Shown: positions 40,366-52,062, counted from the stretch's first letter. The stretch is 64,000 nucleotides of DNA from an uncultured delta proteobacterium (GCA_963848155.1 CAWKCL010000006.1:595528-659527); one strand, 5' to 3'. Translations and numbers: made by a program. The notes: generated by a model from the sequence alone, not told the origin.

Positions 40366-41706
40366 ATGAAACTTGTCCCTATTTCCATCAAGCTTTCCTA
40401 TGCCTCGGGCGAGATCGCCATCGGGTTCTCCCAGACGGTCATCGCAATCCTGTTTCTCTTCTATCTCACCGACGTGGCGGGCCTTCCGGCGATTCTTGCC
40501 GGCCTCGTGATCTATATCGGCGTCTTCTGGGACGCCGTCTCCGACCCGATCATGGGCATGATCTCCGATCACACCAGGACGAAATACGGCAGGCGCCGTA
40601 TCTATTTCCTGATCGCGTCGATCCCCTACGGCCTTTCCTTTTTCTGCTGTTTTGCCCTGCCGGCGATCGAAAACACCGCCGTACTCTTCGCGATTGCCAC
40701 GGCCGCCTACCTCTTCCACACCACGGCAACCACCGTCTACCTCGTCCCCTACCGGACGCTGACGGCCGAGCTCACCGACGACTATGATGCCCGCACCAAT
40801 ATCGTCGGGTGGCTCATGGCCTTTAATATCGCGGCGGCGCTCGTTGCCGCGGCGTTCGCCCTTCCCCTGATCAGGGCCTTCGGCGGCGGGCACGCCGGTT
40901 ACCGGATGATGGGGATCATGTTCGGCACGGTGATGGCCGTCTCCGGCCTCGTCTCGTTTTTCGGGACGAAGGAAGACCCCCGGTTTATCCCGCACGAAAA
41001 GCGGCTCACGTTGGCGCGCTCAATGAAGACCGCCCTTGCCAACAAGCCGTTCATGGCAATCGCCTGGGTCTTCGTCTTCGCCTGGGTCGGGGTTGCCTTT
41101 GTCCAGACCTCGATGATGTACTATATGAAATACTGCCTCTTCATCGAGCAGTGGGCTGACTATATCTTTTTTCTCCTCTATCTCGCCTCGTTTGCCTTTA
41201 TCCCGCTCTGGGTGAAGGTCTCCGACCGCTACGGAAAGAAACCCGCCTTTTACGCGGGGATGGCCGTCCTGATCCCGTGCCTGGTCATCCTTTCGGTGCT
41301 GCCCGAGAGGGCCTCATGGCTATCATTCGCGCTGGCCTTTACGGCCGGCATCGGGGCGTCGTCGGTCAGCGTCATCACGATCTCGATAATCCCGGACGTG
41401 ATCGAATACGACGAGCTTTCCGTGGGCATCCGGCGGGAGGGGTTTCTCTATTCGCTGATCTTTTTTGCCTACAAGGTGGCGGTGGCATCCGCGATATTCC
41501 TGACGGGGCTCTACCTTGACCTTTCGGGATACGTGGAGAACGTCTTTCCGCAGGCCGATTCGGCGCTCCTGGCCATCCGGCTCCTGGTCGGGGCCGTCCC
41601 CGTCGTCATGGTGCTCATCGCCGTCTGGTTCATGACGACCTACCCAATAACGAAACAGATGCACGAGGGGATAAAGAGGGAATTGATCCAAAAGAGACAG
41701 GGATAA
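40366..41706 (+). CDS. Glycoside-pentoside-hexuronide (MelB/MFS_2) cation symporter
   Basis: WDAVSDPIMGMISDHTRTKYGRRR, ELTDDYDART, IPDVIEYDE...RREG. Confidence 0.93.
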   Translation: MKLVPISIKLSYASGEIAIGFSQTVIAILFLFYLTDVAGLPAILAGLVIYIGVFWDAVSDPIMGMISDHTRTKYGRRRIYFLIASIPYGLSFFCCFALPAIENTAVLFAIATAAYLFHTTATTVYLVPYRTLTAELTDDYDARTNIVGWLMAFNIAAALVAAAFALPLIRAFGGGHAGYRMMGIMFGTVMAVSGLVSFFGTKEDPRFIPHEKRLTLARSMKTALANKPFMAIAWVFVFAWVGVAFVQTSMMYYMKYCLFIEQWADYIFFLLYLASFAFIPLWVKVSDRYGKKPAFYAGMAVLIPCLVILSVLPERASWLSFALAFTAGIGASSVSVITISIIPDVIEYDELSVGIRREGFLYSLIFFAYKVAVASAIFLTGLYLDLSGYVENVFPQADSALLAIRLLVGAVPVVMVLIAVWFMTTYPITKQMHEGIKRELIQKRQG

Positions 41707-41772
41707 AAGCGGTCGAACACGCGTGAAAAAACCCGGCCGACACGAGCACCGTGCCGGCCGGAGTAGTTTATG

Positions 41773-42776
41773 CTATGCCGGGACCGTCTCCTTTGCCCGG
41801 ACTTCGATAAGCGAGATCGCCTCGGCCGGGCATACCGGCGTACAGACGCCGCATCCCATGCATTTTTCGGCCGTGACGATGGCCGTGCCGTCATCCATGG
41901 ACAGCGCCTTGAAGAAACAGCGCTCGACGCACGCCTCGCAGCCGGTGCACATATCCGCGTCTACCTCCGCCGCAAACCGGCTCGGGGCAAGGATCTTGAC
42001 CCCCGCGTTGACGAAGACCGGCATCGTCTGGCAGCAGTCGCTGCAGCAGTTGCATATGAAGTTCTGGCGCGTGGAGCTGTTCATGATCACGTGGACCAGC
42101 CCCGCCTCGTCGCACCGGGCGATGAGCTTCTTGGCCTCGTCTTTGGTCAGCTCCGTCCCCGTCCCCCGCTCGATGGCGTACTCGGCCGACCGGCCCACCT
42201 GCACGCAGACCTTCAGCTCGTGCCCGCACTTTCCGTCGATGGTCCGGCACGTGCAGTCGGTGACCGCCACGCGGTTGGTCTCGTCGATGATCTGCATGAC
42301 GTCATCGACCGTCTGGATCTGGCCCTCGGCCTTTATGGACTGGCCGATCGGCACGACCCGGGTGAAGGGGTCTTTCACGAATTTCTCGATAACCCGCGCG
42401 TAGTCGAACCACTCCACGTCCATGTACTTCTTCCAGAGACGGTGGTACTCCTTGGGCGCCTCCGGCCAGAGGATCGTCGCGTCGTGGAACTGGACGATGT
42501 CTTTGCACATCTTATATGTCGTTATATCGCCTTTCCGGGCCTTGAACATGAGCCCCTTGTGGAAGAGCTCGTCGAGCTTCTTCTGAACCTCGTCCTTCTT
42601 CCTTCCCGTCTTTTCGGCAAGCTCGTCGGCGGTCCCGGGGGTCGCGAGCATCAGCTTGGCGTCGTCCTCGGAGGCGATGAAACGGAACAGCTCCGGGATG
42701 ATCTTCGAGCCGGTGGTCATGATCCGGTCGGAGAGTTGTTCGAATAGGTCCTTACGGGGTCTTTTTCGGGCGGCAT
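41773..42776 (-). CDS. 4Fe-4S-binding protein with N-terminal HTH-like region (probable indel near the start)
   Basis: CTCR, C, C, ICNCCSDCC; CTGCEACVERC and CMGCGVCTPVCP ferredoxin motifs. Confidence 0.88.
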
Positions 42777-42888
42777 ATCGGTTCTCCCTGAAGGTATATC
42801 GGGCAATTAAATACTAAGCCGGTATCGGTCGCCCTCATTTTGTACCCTATGCGCCGCCTCTTGTCAAGCAGCGTGACGGTATCGGGAC

Positions 42889-42918
42889 AAAAAAAAGGGG
42901 AGGCCAAAAGGCCTCCCC
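42889..42918 (-). terminator. Rho-independent terminator of hppA
   Basis: GGGGAGGCC-TTTT-GGCCTCCCC followed by T8 on the minus strand. Confidence 0.85.
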
Positions 42919-42939
42919 CCGTAAGTCACTCGCAAGAGC

Positions 42940-45045
<2,106 letters not shown>

Positions 45046-45075
45046 AGAAACCTCCTGAATTGAACCGTGAAGCAA

Positions 45076-45636
45076 CTACCTGTTGAATTCGTTCATAGCA
45101 AACTCAACACCATCGGTCAGTATTACCGTGAGGGCCTCTCTGGCCCTCTGTATCGTCTCGTCAATTACCTTTCGTTCCTCCGCCGAAAACGGCGTCAGCA
45201 CAAAATCAACCGTATCGTCGTCTTCCGGGGGCCTGCCGATCCCTATTCTAAGCCGGGTAAACTCCGGTGACCCCAGCTCTTCTATAATCGACCGGATGCC
45301 CCGGTGCCCGCCGTCGCTTCCGCGCGGCCTGATCCGAATCCTGCCTACCTCGAGGTCCATGTCGTCATAGACGACAATGATATCGACCGGATCGAGCCGA
45401 TAATAAGACGCCACCCGGGCCACGGACCGCCCCGAGAGGTTCATATACGTCTGCGGGAGCGCCGTGATGACCTGCCGGCCGTCTATTTCTCCGACGCCCG
45501 TGCGGGCCTCGAAGCGCCTCCCCGCGATCTTGATCCCGGCTTTGCCCGCCCATGACGCGACGACCATGCGTCCGATGTTGTGCCGCGTCTTTTCGTATCC
45601 CGTTCCCGGGTTCCCCAGACCGAAGACGGCCTTCAT
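45076..45636 (-). CDS. pth: Peptidyl-tRNA hydrolase
   Basis: GLGNPG..Y..TRHNIG, PQTYMNLSG, GSDGGH.G, RLRIGIGRP. Confidence 0.96.
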   Translation of the reverse strand: MKAVFGLGNPGTGYEKTRHNIGRMVVASWAGKAGIKIAGRRFEARTGVGEIDGRQVITALPQTYMNLSGRSVARVASYYRLDPVDIIVVYDDMDLEVGRIRIRPRGSDGGHRGIRSIIEELGSPEFTRLRIGIGRPPEDDDTVDFVLTPFSAEERKVIDETIQRAREALTVILTDGVEFAMNEFNR

Positions 45637-45653
45637 TGCCTGCCTCTTATTGT

Positions 45654-45697
45654 GCCTTCTGGGGGCCTTCCGGGGGCCTTTCGCGAGCCTTCCGGGC
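45654..45697. repeat. Four tandem 11-bp units (GCCTTCCGGGG consensus) in the pth leader
   Basis: gccttctgggg / gccttccgggg / gcctttcgcga / gccttccgggc. Confidence 0.7.
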
Positions 45698-45788
45698 TGT
45701 AACGATCGCCCTTAACGTTTTTACCGCCGCCCGGTGATCCGCGATTGTCCTCGATCCGCGACCGGCTATACCCCGATGGAGGGCCGCT

Positions 45789-46427
45789 CTATTCGGCCTT
45801 TTCCTCCGCCTTTTCCTCGGCCACGGCCTCGACAACCTCTTCTTCGGCCTCCACAATCCGCCTGGGCAGTATCACCGAGACCACGGTGAAGTCAAGGGTC
45901 GTATCCACCGAGCAGTCCTTCGGCAGTACGACATCCTTGATATGGATGGACTCGCCGACGTCGAGATCCGTCGTGTCGACCTCGATAAACTCCGGAATAT
46001 CGATCGGGAAACAGAGGATATCGAGCTTCCTTACCGGCTCGTCCATGATGCCGCCCATCTTGAGGCCCCGCGCCTTGCCGGTGAAGTGGATCGGTACTTC
46101 GACGGTGATCTTCTTTGACAGGTCAACCTTCATGAAATCAACATGGAGATATTCATGGCTGACGGGATCGGTCTGCAGCTCGCGGACGAGGACCGCGATG
46201 CCCGACAGCTTCTCCGCGTCCTTGACGCCGATAATAGAGAACACCGGAAGCGATCCCTCATGGGCGCGGACCGCCGCCCTGATCTCGGCCGGATCGACCT
46301 GGACCTTTATCGACTCTTCCCCGCGGCCGTAGATTATCCCCGGCAATCTATTGTCTTTTCGCATCCTTCGGGCGGGACCCTTTCCCGACCCCTCCCTCAT
46401 CTCAACCTTTAATTGTGCAAGTTCCAT
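45789..46427 (-). CDS. rplY: 50S ribosomal protein L25 (Ctc long form)
   Basis: GKGPARRMR, PGIIYG, LHVDF, IPEFIEVD. Confidence 0.96.
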   Translation of the reverse strand: MELAQLKVEMREGSGKGPARRMRKDNRLPGIIYGRGEESIKVQVDPAEIRAAVRAHEGSLPVFSIIGVKDAEKLSGIAVLVRELQTDPVSHEYLHVDFMKVDLSKKITVEVPIHFTGKARGLKMGGIMDEPVRKLDILCFPIDIPEFIEVDTTDLDVGESIHIKDVVLPKDCSVDTTLDFTVVSVILPRRIVEAEEEVVEAVAEEKAEEKAE

Positions 46428-46515
46428 TGCTCATCACCTTCCTAAAAACAAGGGTTAGAACCCCGCCGCCGATCCCCTGTGACGGGGCACCGAACCCGGC
46501 GCCTATCGGCGTTCA

Positions 46516-47454
46516 TTAGATAAATAACTCGCTTACCGAACCCCGTTGATACACGCGCTTGATCGCCTCTCCCAACAGGTGCGAGACCGACAGGACCGTC
46601 ACCTTGCCTGACTTTTTCGCTTCGTCCGACAGGGGGATCGTATTGGTGACCACCAGCTCTTTAATGGAAGAGTTCGTTATGCGCTCGACGGCCGGTCCCG
46701 ACAGAACCGCGTGGGTGGTCGCCGCGTACACCGCCTTTGCCCCGTTTTCTATCAGAGCTTCGGCCGCCTTGACCAGGGTGCCGGCGGTATCCACCATATC
46801 GTCCAGGATTACGGTATTTTTCCCCTCAACGTCTCCAATTATATTCATTACCTGGGCGACATTCGGACTTGAACGCCGCTTGTCTATAATCGCAAGCACC
46901 ATCTCGAGGCGCTGCGCGTACGCTCGCGCCCGCTCCACCCCGCCGGCGTCGGGCGAGACGATAACCGCATCCCGGCCGAACTTCTTTCTGAGGTAATCGA
47001 TCATCACCGGCGACGAGTAGAGGTGATCGACCGGAATATTAAAAAAGCCCTGTATCTGCCCGGCGTGCAGCTCCATCGAAATAACGCGGTGGGCGCCCGC
47101 CTTCTCCAGCAGGTCCGCCACGAGCTTTGCCGATATCGGCGCCCGGGGGAAGACCTTGCGGTCTTGCCGCCCATACCCATAGTAGGGGATAACCGCGGTA
47201 ATCTCCTCCGCCGACGCCCGCTTGAGGGCATCGATCATCACCAGGAGCTCCATGAGGTTATTGTTCACCGGGGGGCAGGTGGACTGGATTACAAAGACCC
47301 GCATGCCCCGCACGCTCTCATGGATTTCCACGGATATCTCGCTGTCGGAAAAGAGCGAGATCTTCGCCTTTCCGAGCGGGATGTGTAAAAAATCGCAAAT
47401 TTCCCGGGACATCTCTGCGTTAGAGGACCCGGCAAAGATCTTGATTCTATCCAC
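46516..47454 (-). CDS. prs: Ribose-phosphate pyrophosphokinase
   Basis: PYYGYGRQDRK, VSPDAGGVERA, DDMVDTAGT. Confidence 0.97.
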   Translation of the reverse strand: MDRIKIFAGSSNAEMSREICDFLHIPLGKAKISLFSDSEISVEIHESVRGMRVFVIQSTCPPVNNNLMELLVMIDALKRASAEEITAVIPYYGYGRQDRKVFPRAPISAKLVADLLEKAGAHRVISMELHAGQIQGFFNIPVDHLYSSPVMIDYLRKKFGRDAVIVSPDAGGVERARAYAQRLEMVLAIIDKRRSSPNVAQVMNIIGDVEGKNTVILDDMVDTAGTLVKAAEALIENGAKAVYAATTHAVLSGPAVERITNSSIKELVVTNTIPLSDEAKKSGKVTVLSVSHLLGEAIKRVYQRGSVSELFI

Positions 47455-47476
47455 TTAACGACTCATTTCTCCGTTA

Positions 47477-47551
47477 TGGCTGGGGTGGGAGGATTCGAAC
47501 CTCCGAATGCGGGATCCAAAGTCCCGTGACTTACCGCTTGTCGACACCCCA
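47477..47551 (-). tRNA. tRNA-Gln (anticodon TTG), CCA encoded
   Basis: TGGGGTGTCGACAAGCGGTAAGTCACGGGACTTTGGATCCCGCATTCGGAGGTTCGAATCCTCCCACCCCAGCCA folds as a cloverleaf. Confidence 0.97.
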
Positions 47552-47619
47552 CTATATGTTCTATACCGTTTACTATAGGCTTCCCGTTCGTTTGCCTCTG
47601 CCCTATTTACGATCGGCTC

Positions 47620-47916
47620 TTAATGCTCGTCCATCGCCAGAGGCCTTCCGCCTTCGGCGATCCGCGATAGCTCCTTTTCGTATTCTCTGAGCACCACGTC
47701 CTCAATACGCTCGCGCGTCTCGTTGTTCAGCGGGTGCGCCGTGTCCCGAAACGTCCCGTCCTTTCGCTTTTTACTGGGCATCGCAACAAAAAGCCCGTTG
47801 TTCCCGTCAATGATCTTTAGGTCTCGAATGATAAAGCAGTCGTCAAAGGTAATCGTAGCATATGCCTTCAGTCTCTCCTCGCTCACCGGGAAAACCCTGA
47901 CCTCGGTAATATCCAT
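47620..47916 (-). CDS. spoVG: SpoVG-family nucleic-acid-binding protein
   Basis: MDITEVRV, LKAYATITFD, GLFVAMPS, FRDTAHP. Confidence 0.95.
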   Translation of the reverse strand: MDITEVRVFPVSEERLKAYATITFDDCFIIRDLKIIDGNNGLFVAMPSKKRKDGTFRDTAHPLNNETRERIEDVVLREYEKELSRIAEGGRPLAMDEH

Positions 47917-47939
47917 CGATGCCTCCATAGTATATATAT

Positions 47940-48794
47940 TTAGTCGAAGAGATTCTTTGCTACGTAGGCGCTCCACCCCTGGTGAGCAGACAACTGTCCG
48001 TGCGCGCGCCGGGCACTTGACTCATCGGCAAATACTCCGAAGACCGCGGAGCCGCTTCCCGAGAGCATCGCCCCGAGCGCGCCGAGCCGCATCAGTTCAC
48101 CCTTTACGTCGGTTATATCGCCCAGCAGCTGTTCGGCTACCGGCTCAAAGTCGTTGCGCATACAACTGACGAGACTATCAATCGTACCAATAAACTTCGG
48201 CATGATAATATGTTTTTTTTCTTCTGTCAATACCAAATCAATCTTTTCGTACGCCTCTCTGGTCGAAATTCCTCCCTCCGGCTTCACTATTACCAGCCAC
48301 GCGTCGGCAATCCCATCGACCCGTTGAAGGGTTTCGCCCTTTCCGGTAGCCACCGCGGGAGATCCGAAGAGGAAAAACGGGACATCCGACCCGATCCTGA
48401 TTCCCAAATCGATAAGCTCCCGGTCGGTGAAACCAAGCCCCAGAAGCTCATTGAGCCGCGCCATTACCGCCGCGGCGTTGGAACTGGCCCCCCCAAGGCC
48501 GGATTGGATCGGAATACGTTTGCGTATTCTGATATCGACGCCGATCTTCCGACCCGCCGTCCCCAGGAGCAGCGCAACCGCCCGATAGACGGTGTTGCCG
48601 GGACCCGACGGGGCCTGGGGCGTATCGGTCACTACCGAGACCTCGTCACCCCCCACGGTCATGGTGATCTCGTCAAAGAGGCTCACCCGGCACATGACGT
48701 TGAGCAGATCGTGGTATCCGTCCGGACGCCTCCCCGTCACCCGCAGGTAATAGTTGACCTTGGCCGGGCTCTTAAAGGCGATCGGTTCAGGCAT
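47940..48794 (-). CDS. ispE: 4-diphosphocytidyl-2-C-methyl-D-erythritol kinase
   Basis: SPAKVN, RRPDGYH, KRIP..SGLGG.SSNAA, GSDVPFF, LSGSGS. Confidence 0.96.
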   Translation of the reverse strand: MPEPIAFKSPAKVNYYLRVTGRRPDGYHDLLNVMCRVSLFDEITMTVGGDEVSVVTDTPQAPSGPGNTVYRAVALLLGTAGRKIGVDIRIRKRIPIQSGLGGASSNAAAVMARLNELLGLGFTDRELIDLGIRIGSDVPFFLFGSPAVATGKGETLQRVDGIADAWLVIVKPEGGISTREAYEKIDLVLTEEKKHIIMPKFIGTIDSLVSCMRNDFEPVAEQLLGDITDVKGELMRLGALGAMLSGSGSAVFGVFADESSARRAHGQLSAHQGWSAYVAKNLFD

Positions 48795-49371
48795 TACACG
48801 CCTCGCGGATACGCTTCCAGAGGAGATCCCTGCCCGCCCGCGTCTTTGCAGAAAAGAGTATGAACTCGTCGGGTGAAACGCCCAGCACGCGCGCGCTGTC
48901 CCTCACGCGGGCGCCCAACACGCTCCTTTTCTCCTTATCCGCCTTTGTCGCCACAAAGAGGGTCCGTATCGCGCGGCCCGCCAGCCACCCGGCCAGGTCG
49001 ATCTCTTCCTGCTCGGGGCCGCGCCTGATATCGATGATAATGACCGCGGCCTTGATCGTCCGCGAGGTCAGGAAGTATTCCTCGACCATCGGCCGCCATG
49101 TCTGCCGCATTTCTTTAGAGACCCGGGCGTACCCGTAACCGGGCAGATCGACGAGAACGAAGGCGTCGTTGACCGAAAAGAAGTTTATAAGCCGGGTCTT
49201 GCCGGGAACCGACGAGGTCTTGGCGAGATCTTTTCTCTCGACGAGGCAGTTTATCAGGGAGGATTTCCCGACATTGGAGCGGCCCGCAAACGCAACCTGA
49301 GGCAGTGGGCTCTTTGGTAGATCGACGGAGGCGCCGGCGCTCTTGAGGAATTCGGCCTTGATTATCTTCAT
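48787..49371 (-). CDS. engB: Ribosome biogenesis GTPase YihA/YsxC
   Basis: GRSNVGKSS, PGKT, DLPGYG, TKADK. Confidence 0.96.
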   Translation of the reverse strand: MKIIKAEFLKSAGASVDLPKSPLPQVAFAGRSNVGKSSLINCLVERKDLAKTSSVPGKTRLINFFSVNDAFVLVDLPGYGYARVSKEMRQTWRPMVEEYFLTSRTIKAAVIIIDIRRGPEQEEIDLAGWLAGRAIRTLFVATKADKEKRSVLGARVRDSARVLGVSPDEFILFSAKTRAGRDLLWKRIREACNA

Positions 49372-49377
49372 AACGGT

Positions 49378-49994
49378 CTATACCGTCGATTTTTTCCGGC
49401 CCGTCTGGTCCTTACGTCCGGCCGATCGAAGCGCCCGCCGTTTTTCGCCGGCCGGGACCACGTCGATGTTTTTGAGGATCACTTCCGCTATCGAATCCCG
49501 ATTCTGACGCGTTACCTCAAACAGCAGAACATCCGGCCGGTGCTTTATCTGTTCGATAGCGGGGGTACCGCGAGCGGCGATCGTGGCGATTACCGTTGTC
49601 CGCCCGGAAAGGGCCGTACGCACCGCCGGGATAAATTCCTCGCAGGCCGTCTCCATCCTGCCGATCTCGTCGATTACGACAAAATCGGCCCGCGCGGCAA
49701 TCGCGGGGACGGCCACCGTGCGTATCGATTCCACCATGACGCGGTACTTCCCCACCCGGCATTGCCCACCGCCCGCCGCCTCCGCCATCACGGCCGCCCG
49801 TCCGTCCAGCGTCTCTATCACGAATCCCTTTCTGACGGACCCCTCCCGTATCTCACGGGTGAAGAACCCGGTCTTTGTGCCCGGGAGTCGATCGACGATA
49901 GAGGCAATCAGCGTGGTTTTTCCCACCCCGGGCGATCCCGTGATGAGACCGTGATGAGAATATTGCGCCTGATACGTCCACCGGCGCGGTCCAT
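49378..49994 (-). CDS. THEP1/NTPase_1-family nucleoside triphosphatase, frameshifted by an 11-bp duplication
   Basis: ITGSPGVGKTT, GFFTREIRE..RKGF, VGKY.V, VIDEIGRME. Confidence 0.88.
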
Positions 49995-50154
49995 CTCTAA
50001 CCGATCTCCCACGGACGGCGCACCTCCCTCCCGTTATCACCGAACGTGATACAAAAGGCCGTATCGGCGCTGACCCGGCCCCGGTGGTATCTCCCGGCCG
50101 CTATGGCAGCCCGCGCCCAAGGCGCAAACAGGATGCCGCCAATCATCAGGAGCG

Positions 50155-50207
50155 AAAAATAAAACGGGGGGCTTTGGGTGCGGTTACGCCCATGAAAAGC
50201 CCCTCGT
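50155..50207 (-). terminator. Probable terminator downstream of the bS22-like gene
   Basis: ACGAGGGGCTTT...AAAGCCCCCCGT followed by TTTATTTTT on the minus strand. Confidence 0.5.
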
Positions 50208-50243
50208 CTCATAAAGCTTAGGAAAAAGACCGCCTCGGCGTTA

Positions 50244-50342
50244 TTATCTGCCGCGTCTGCGTCTATGGCGCATCTTGGCACGAAGCTTTTTATACTTGTG
50301 CTTTCGCATCTTCTTTCTGCGTTTCTTGATTACGCTGCCCAA
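50244..50342 (-). CDS. 32-aa basic protein, AURKAIP1/COX24 family (ribosomal protein bS22-like); not in the ORF track
   Basis: GAGGTG RBS + TTG start; MGSVIKKRRKKMRKHKYKKLRAKMRHRRRRGR then TAA TAA. Confidence 0.93.
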   Translation of the reverse strand: MGSVIKKRRKKMRKHKYKKLRAKMRHRRRRGR

Positions 50343-50744
50343 CGGTATCACCTCATTTCTCAAGTATTGTAACCTTTGGATTTATATCAGATGAATGGAT
50401 TGATATCAAGCATTTTCGTCGTTTTTATCCCTATCGAGCAGCAAAATAGGCCCTTTTTCGTGCTTCTCCGGCTATCGGCGCCGTCTGCACTAACCCCGGG
50501 ACGTATAAAGGGGGCAATCGGCTCGTTTCTGTGTGCCGATTCTGTGGGATTGGCTCGATACGCAGGGAAACTCCCACGCGGCCCGGGATCGGCCGGTCAC
50601 CGGGATTTCTGATATCGGCCCGCGCGAGCCGGCGGCGCCGTGACGATTCGTTCTCCCCGTTGCGGTATTTATTGGATTGACATAAACCCCGTTATCTGGT
50701 AAAAAAGAGTATAAATCATTTTGACGTACCGGTTGGAGTGAACA

Positions 50745-51614
50745 ATGGAATCCCAACTAAAAGCCAAGACGACGACGCCTCCTCCTCCAAAAAAGCGAAT
50801 AACCGAATCAATCATTACCACCGAAATCGACGGCCTTACGATCAGCACAAAGGTGAGCGGCTCCGGCCCCCCCCTTGTCTTCTACCACGGCTGGATCGGC
50901 AATGAAGATACGTTCGGGATGTGTCACGAGGCCTTTGCCCGCCATTTTACCGTATACCGCCCCGCATGGCCGGGATACGGCGGCAGCACCCCGCTTCCGC
51001 ACTTCTCCTTCGAGGATTTCATCGAGCTGGGTAGAAAATATATCGAAAAGCTAAATCTCGGAAAGATTACGCTGGTCGGCAACTGCCTGGGCGGAAATAT
51101 TGCGATGGAGGTCGTGCAGCGGTATCCCGAGCTGATCGAGCGGCTCATCCTCATCGAGGTACACGCATATTTTCCGAAATACCTCTACCCGTTATTGATC
51201 CCGAAGTTCAATGCGTTCCTCTACCGAACGGTCTTCAAGACCGCCACCGGGTTCAATTTTCTCAACTCGTTCCTCCCGCTCCAGCAGTCAAACGGCAACA
51301 ACGGCTGGCTCTACACGTGGGAGGGGTTTGAGCGCACGCGGGTTGAGAGCGCCCTGGACTTTCTTTCGGCCATACACCGGTTCTCGAAAGGGAGATTCGC
51401 GGCCTACCGGAAGACGTATCGGACGGATATTCCGGTATTTTACGTGGAGGGGGGGAAGTCGTTCGGGCCGATCGGGGAGTTTGGTAAACTGGTCCATACG
51501 TATTTCAGGAACCTGACGGTCATCTCGATCCCCGAGAGTCTGCACAACCCCGTAGTGGAAAAGCCCGAGATATTCAACGAGCGGGTATTGCGAGCGCTCG
51601 GCCTGGAACCGTAG
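50745..51614 (+). CDS. Alpha/beta-fold hydrolase with Cys at the nucleophile elbow
   Basis: GPPLVFYHGW, WPGYGGS, LVGNCLGG, YPELIERLIL, SLHNPVVEKPE.FN. Confidence 0.88.
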   Translation: MESQLKAKTTTPPPPKKRITESIITTEIDGLTISTKVSGSGPPLVFYHGWIGNEDTFGMCHEAFARHFTVYRPAWPGYGGSTPLPHFSFEDFIELGRKYIEKLNLGKITLVGNCLGGNIAMEVVQRYPELIERLILIEVHAYFPKYLYPLLIPKFNAFLYRTVFKTATGFNFLNSFLPLQQSNGNNGWLYTWEGFERTRVESALDFLSAIHRFSKGRFAAYRKTYRTDIPVFYVEGGKSFGPIGEFGKLVHTYFRNLTVISIPESLHNPVVEKPEIFNERVLRALGLEP

Positions 51615-51669
51615 GGAGCCGCCGCATCCCCCGTCCGTATCGGGCGCGCTCGATCGGCGGTTACGGGTA

Positions 51670-51888
51670 ATGGATCATACGTTCCTCCTGAAAACGGCCG
51701 TCCTGGCGCTGATCCCCGTCGGGTTTTCCATCGGGATATGCTTCTTCCTCTTCGCCTGGTTCTATTGGCAATCCATTCGCGGTAAAGACGTCGAGACAAA
51801 GATACGGAAAATCAGGTTCATCATCCTGATACTCTTCACGTCCCTCGTCGGAATCTTTGCCGTTATCGGCTACGCCCTGACCGGCTGA
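51670..51888 (+). CDS. Small 2-TM hypothetical protein
   Basis: Two hydrophobic helices with a basic loop; followed by a terminator. Confidence 0.7.
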   Translation: MDHTFLLKTAVLALIPVGFSIGICFFLFAWFYWQSIRGKDVETKIRKIRFIILILFTSLVGIFAVIGYALTG

Positions 51889-51907
51889 AATATCATCACG
51901 GAAAAAT

Positions 51908-51938
51908 AAAAGACCCGATCATCGTGATCGGGTCTTTT
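51908..51938. terminator. Bidirectional terminator
   Basis: AAAAGACCCGATCA-TCG-TGATCGGGTCTTTT. Confidence 0.88.
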
Positions 51939-52062
51939 CATTCTCGGGAGGCCGCGCCCCTGCTTCCCGGTTTTCGTGCTCTCACCTGCCCGCATACGCC
52001 GTATCTATCCGGCCCACACACCGTATTGCGAACCGATACCGGCAGCTCCGCGCTCCATTAGA

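Noticed and set aside
47477-47551. tRNA-Gln as an island integration site
   Set aside because: Flanked by core genes; no integrase and no duplicated tRNA 3' end seen.
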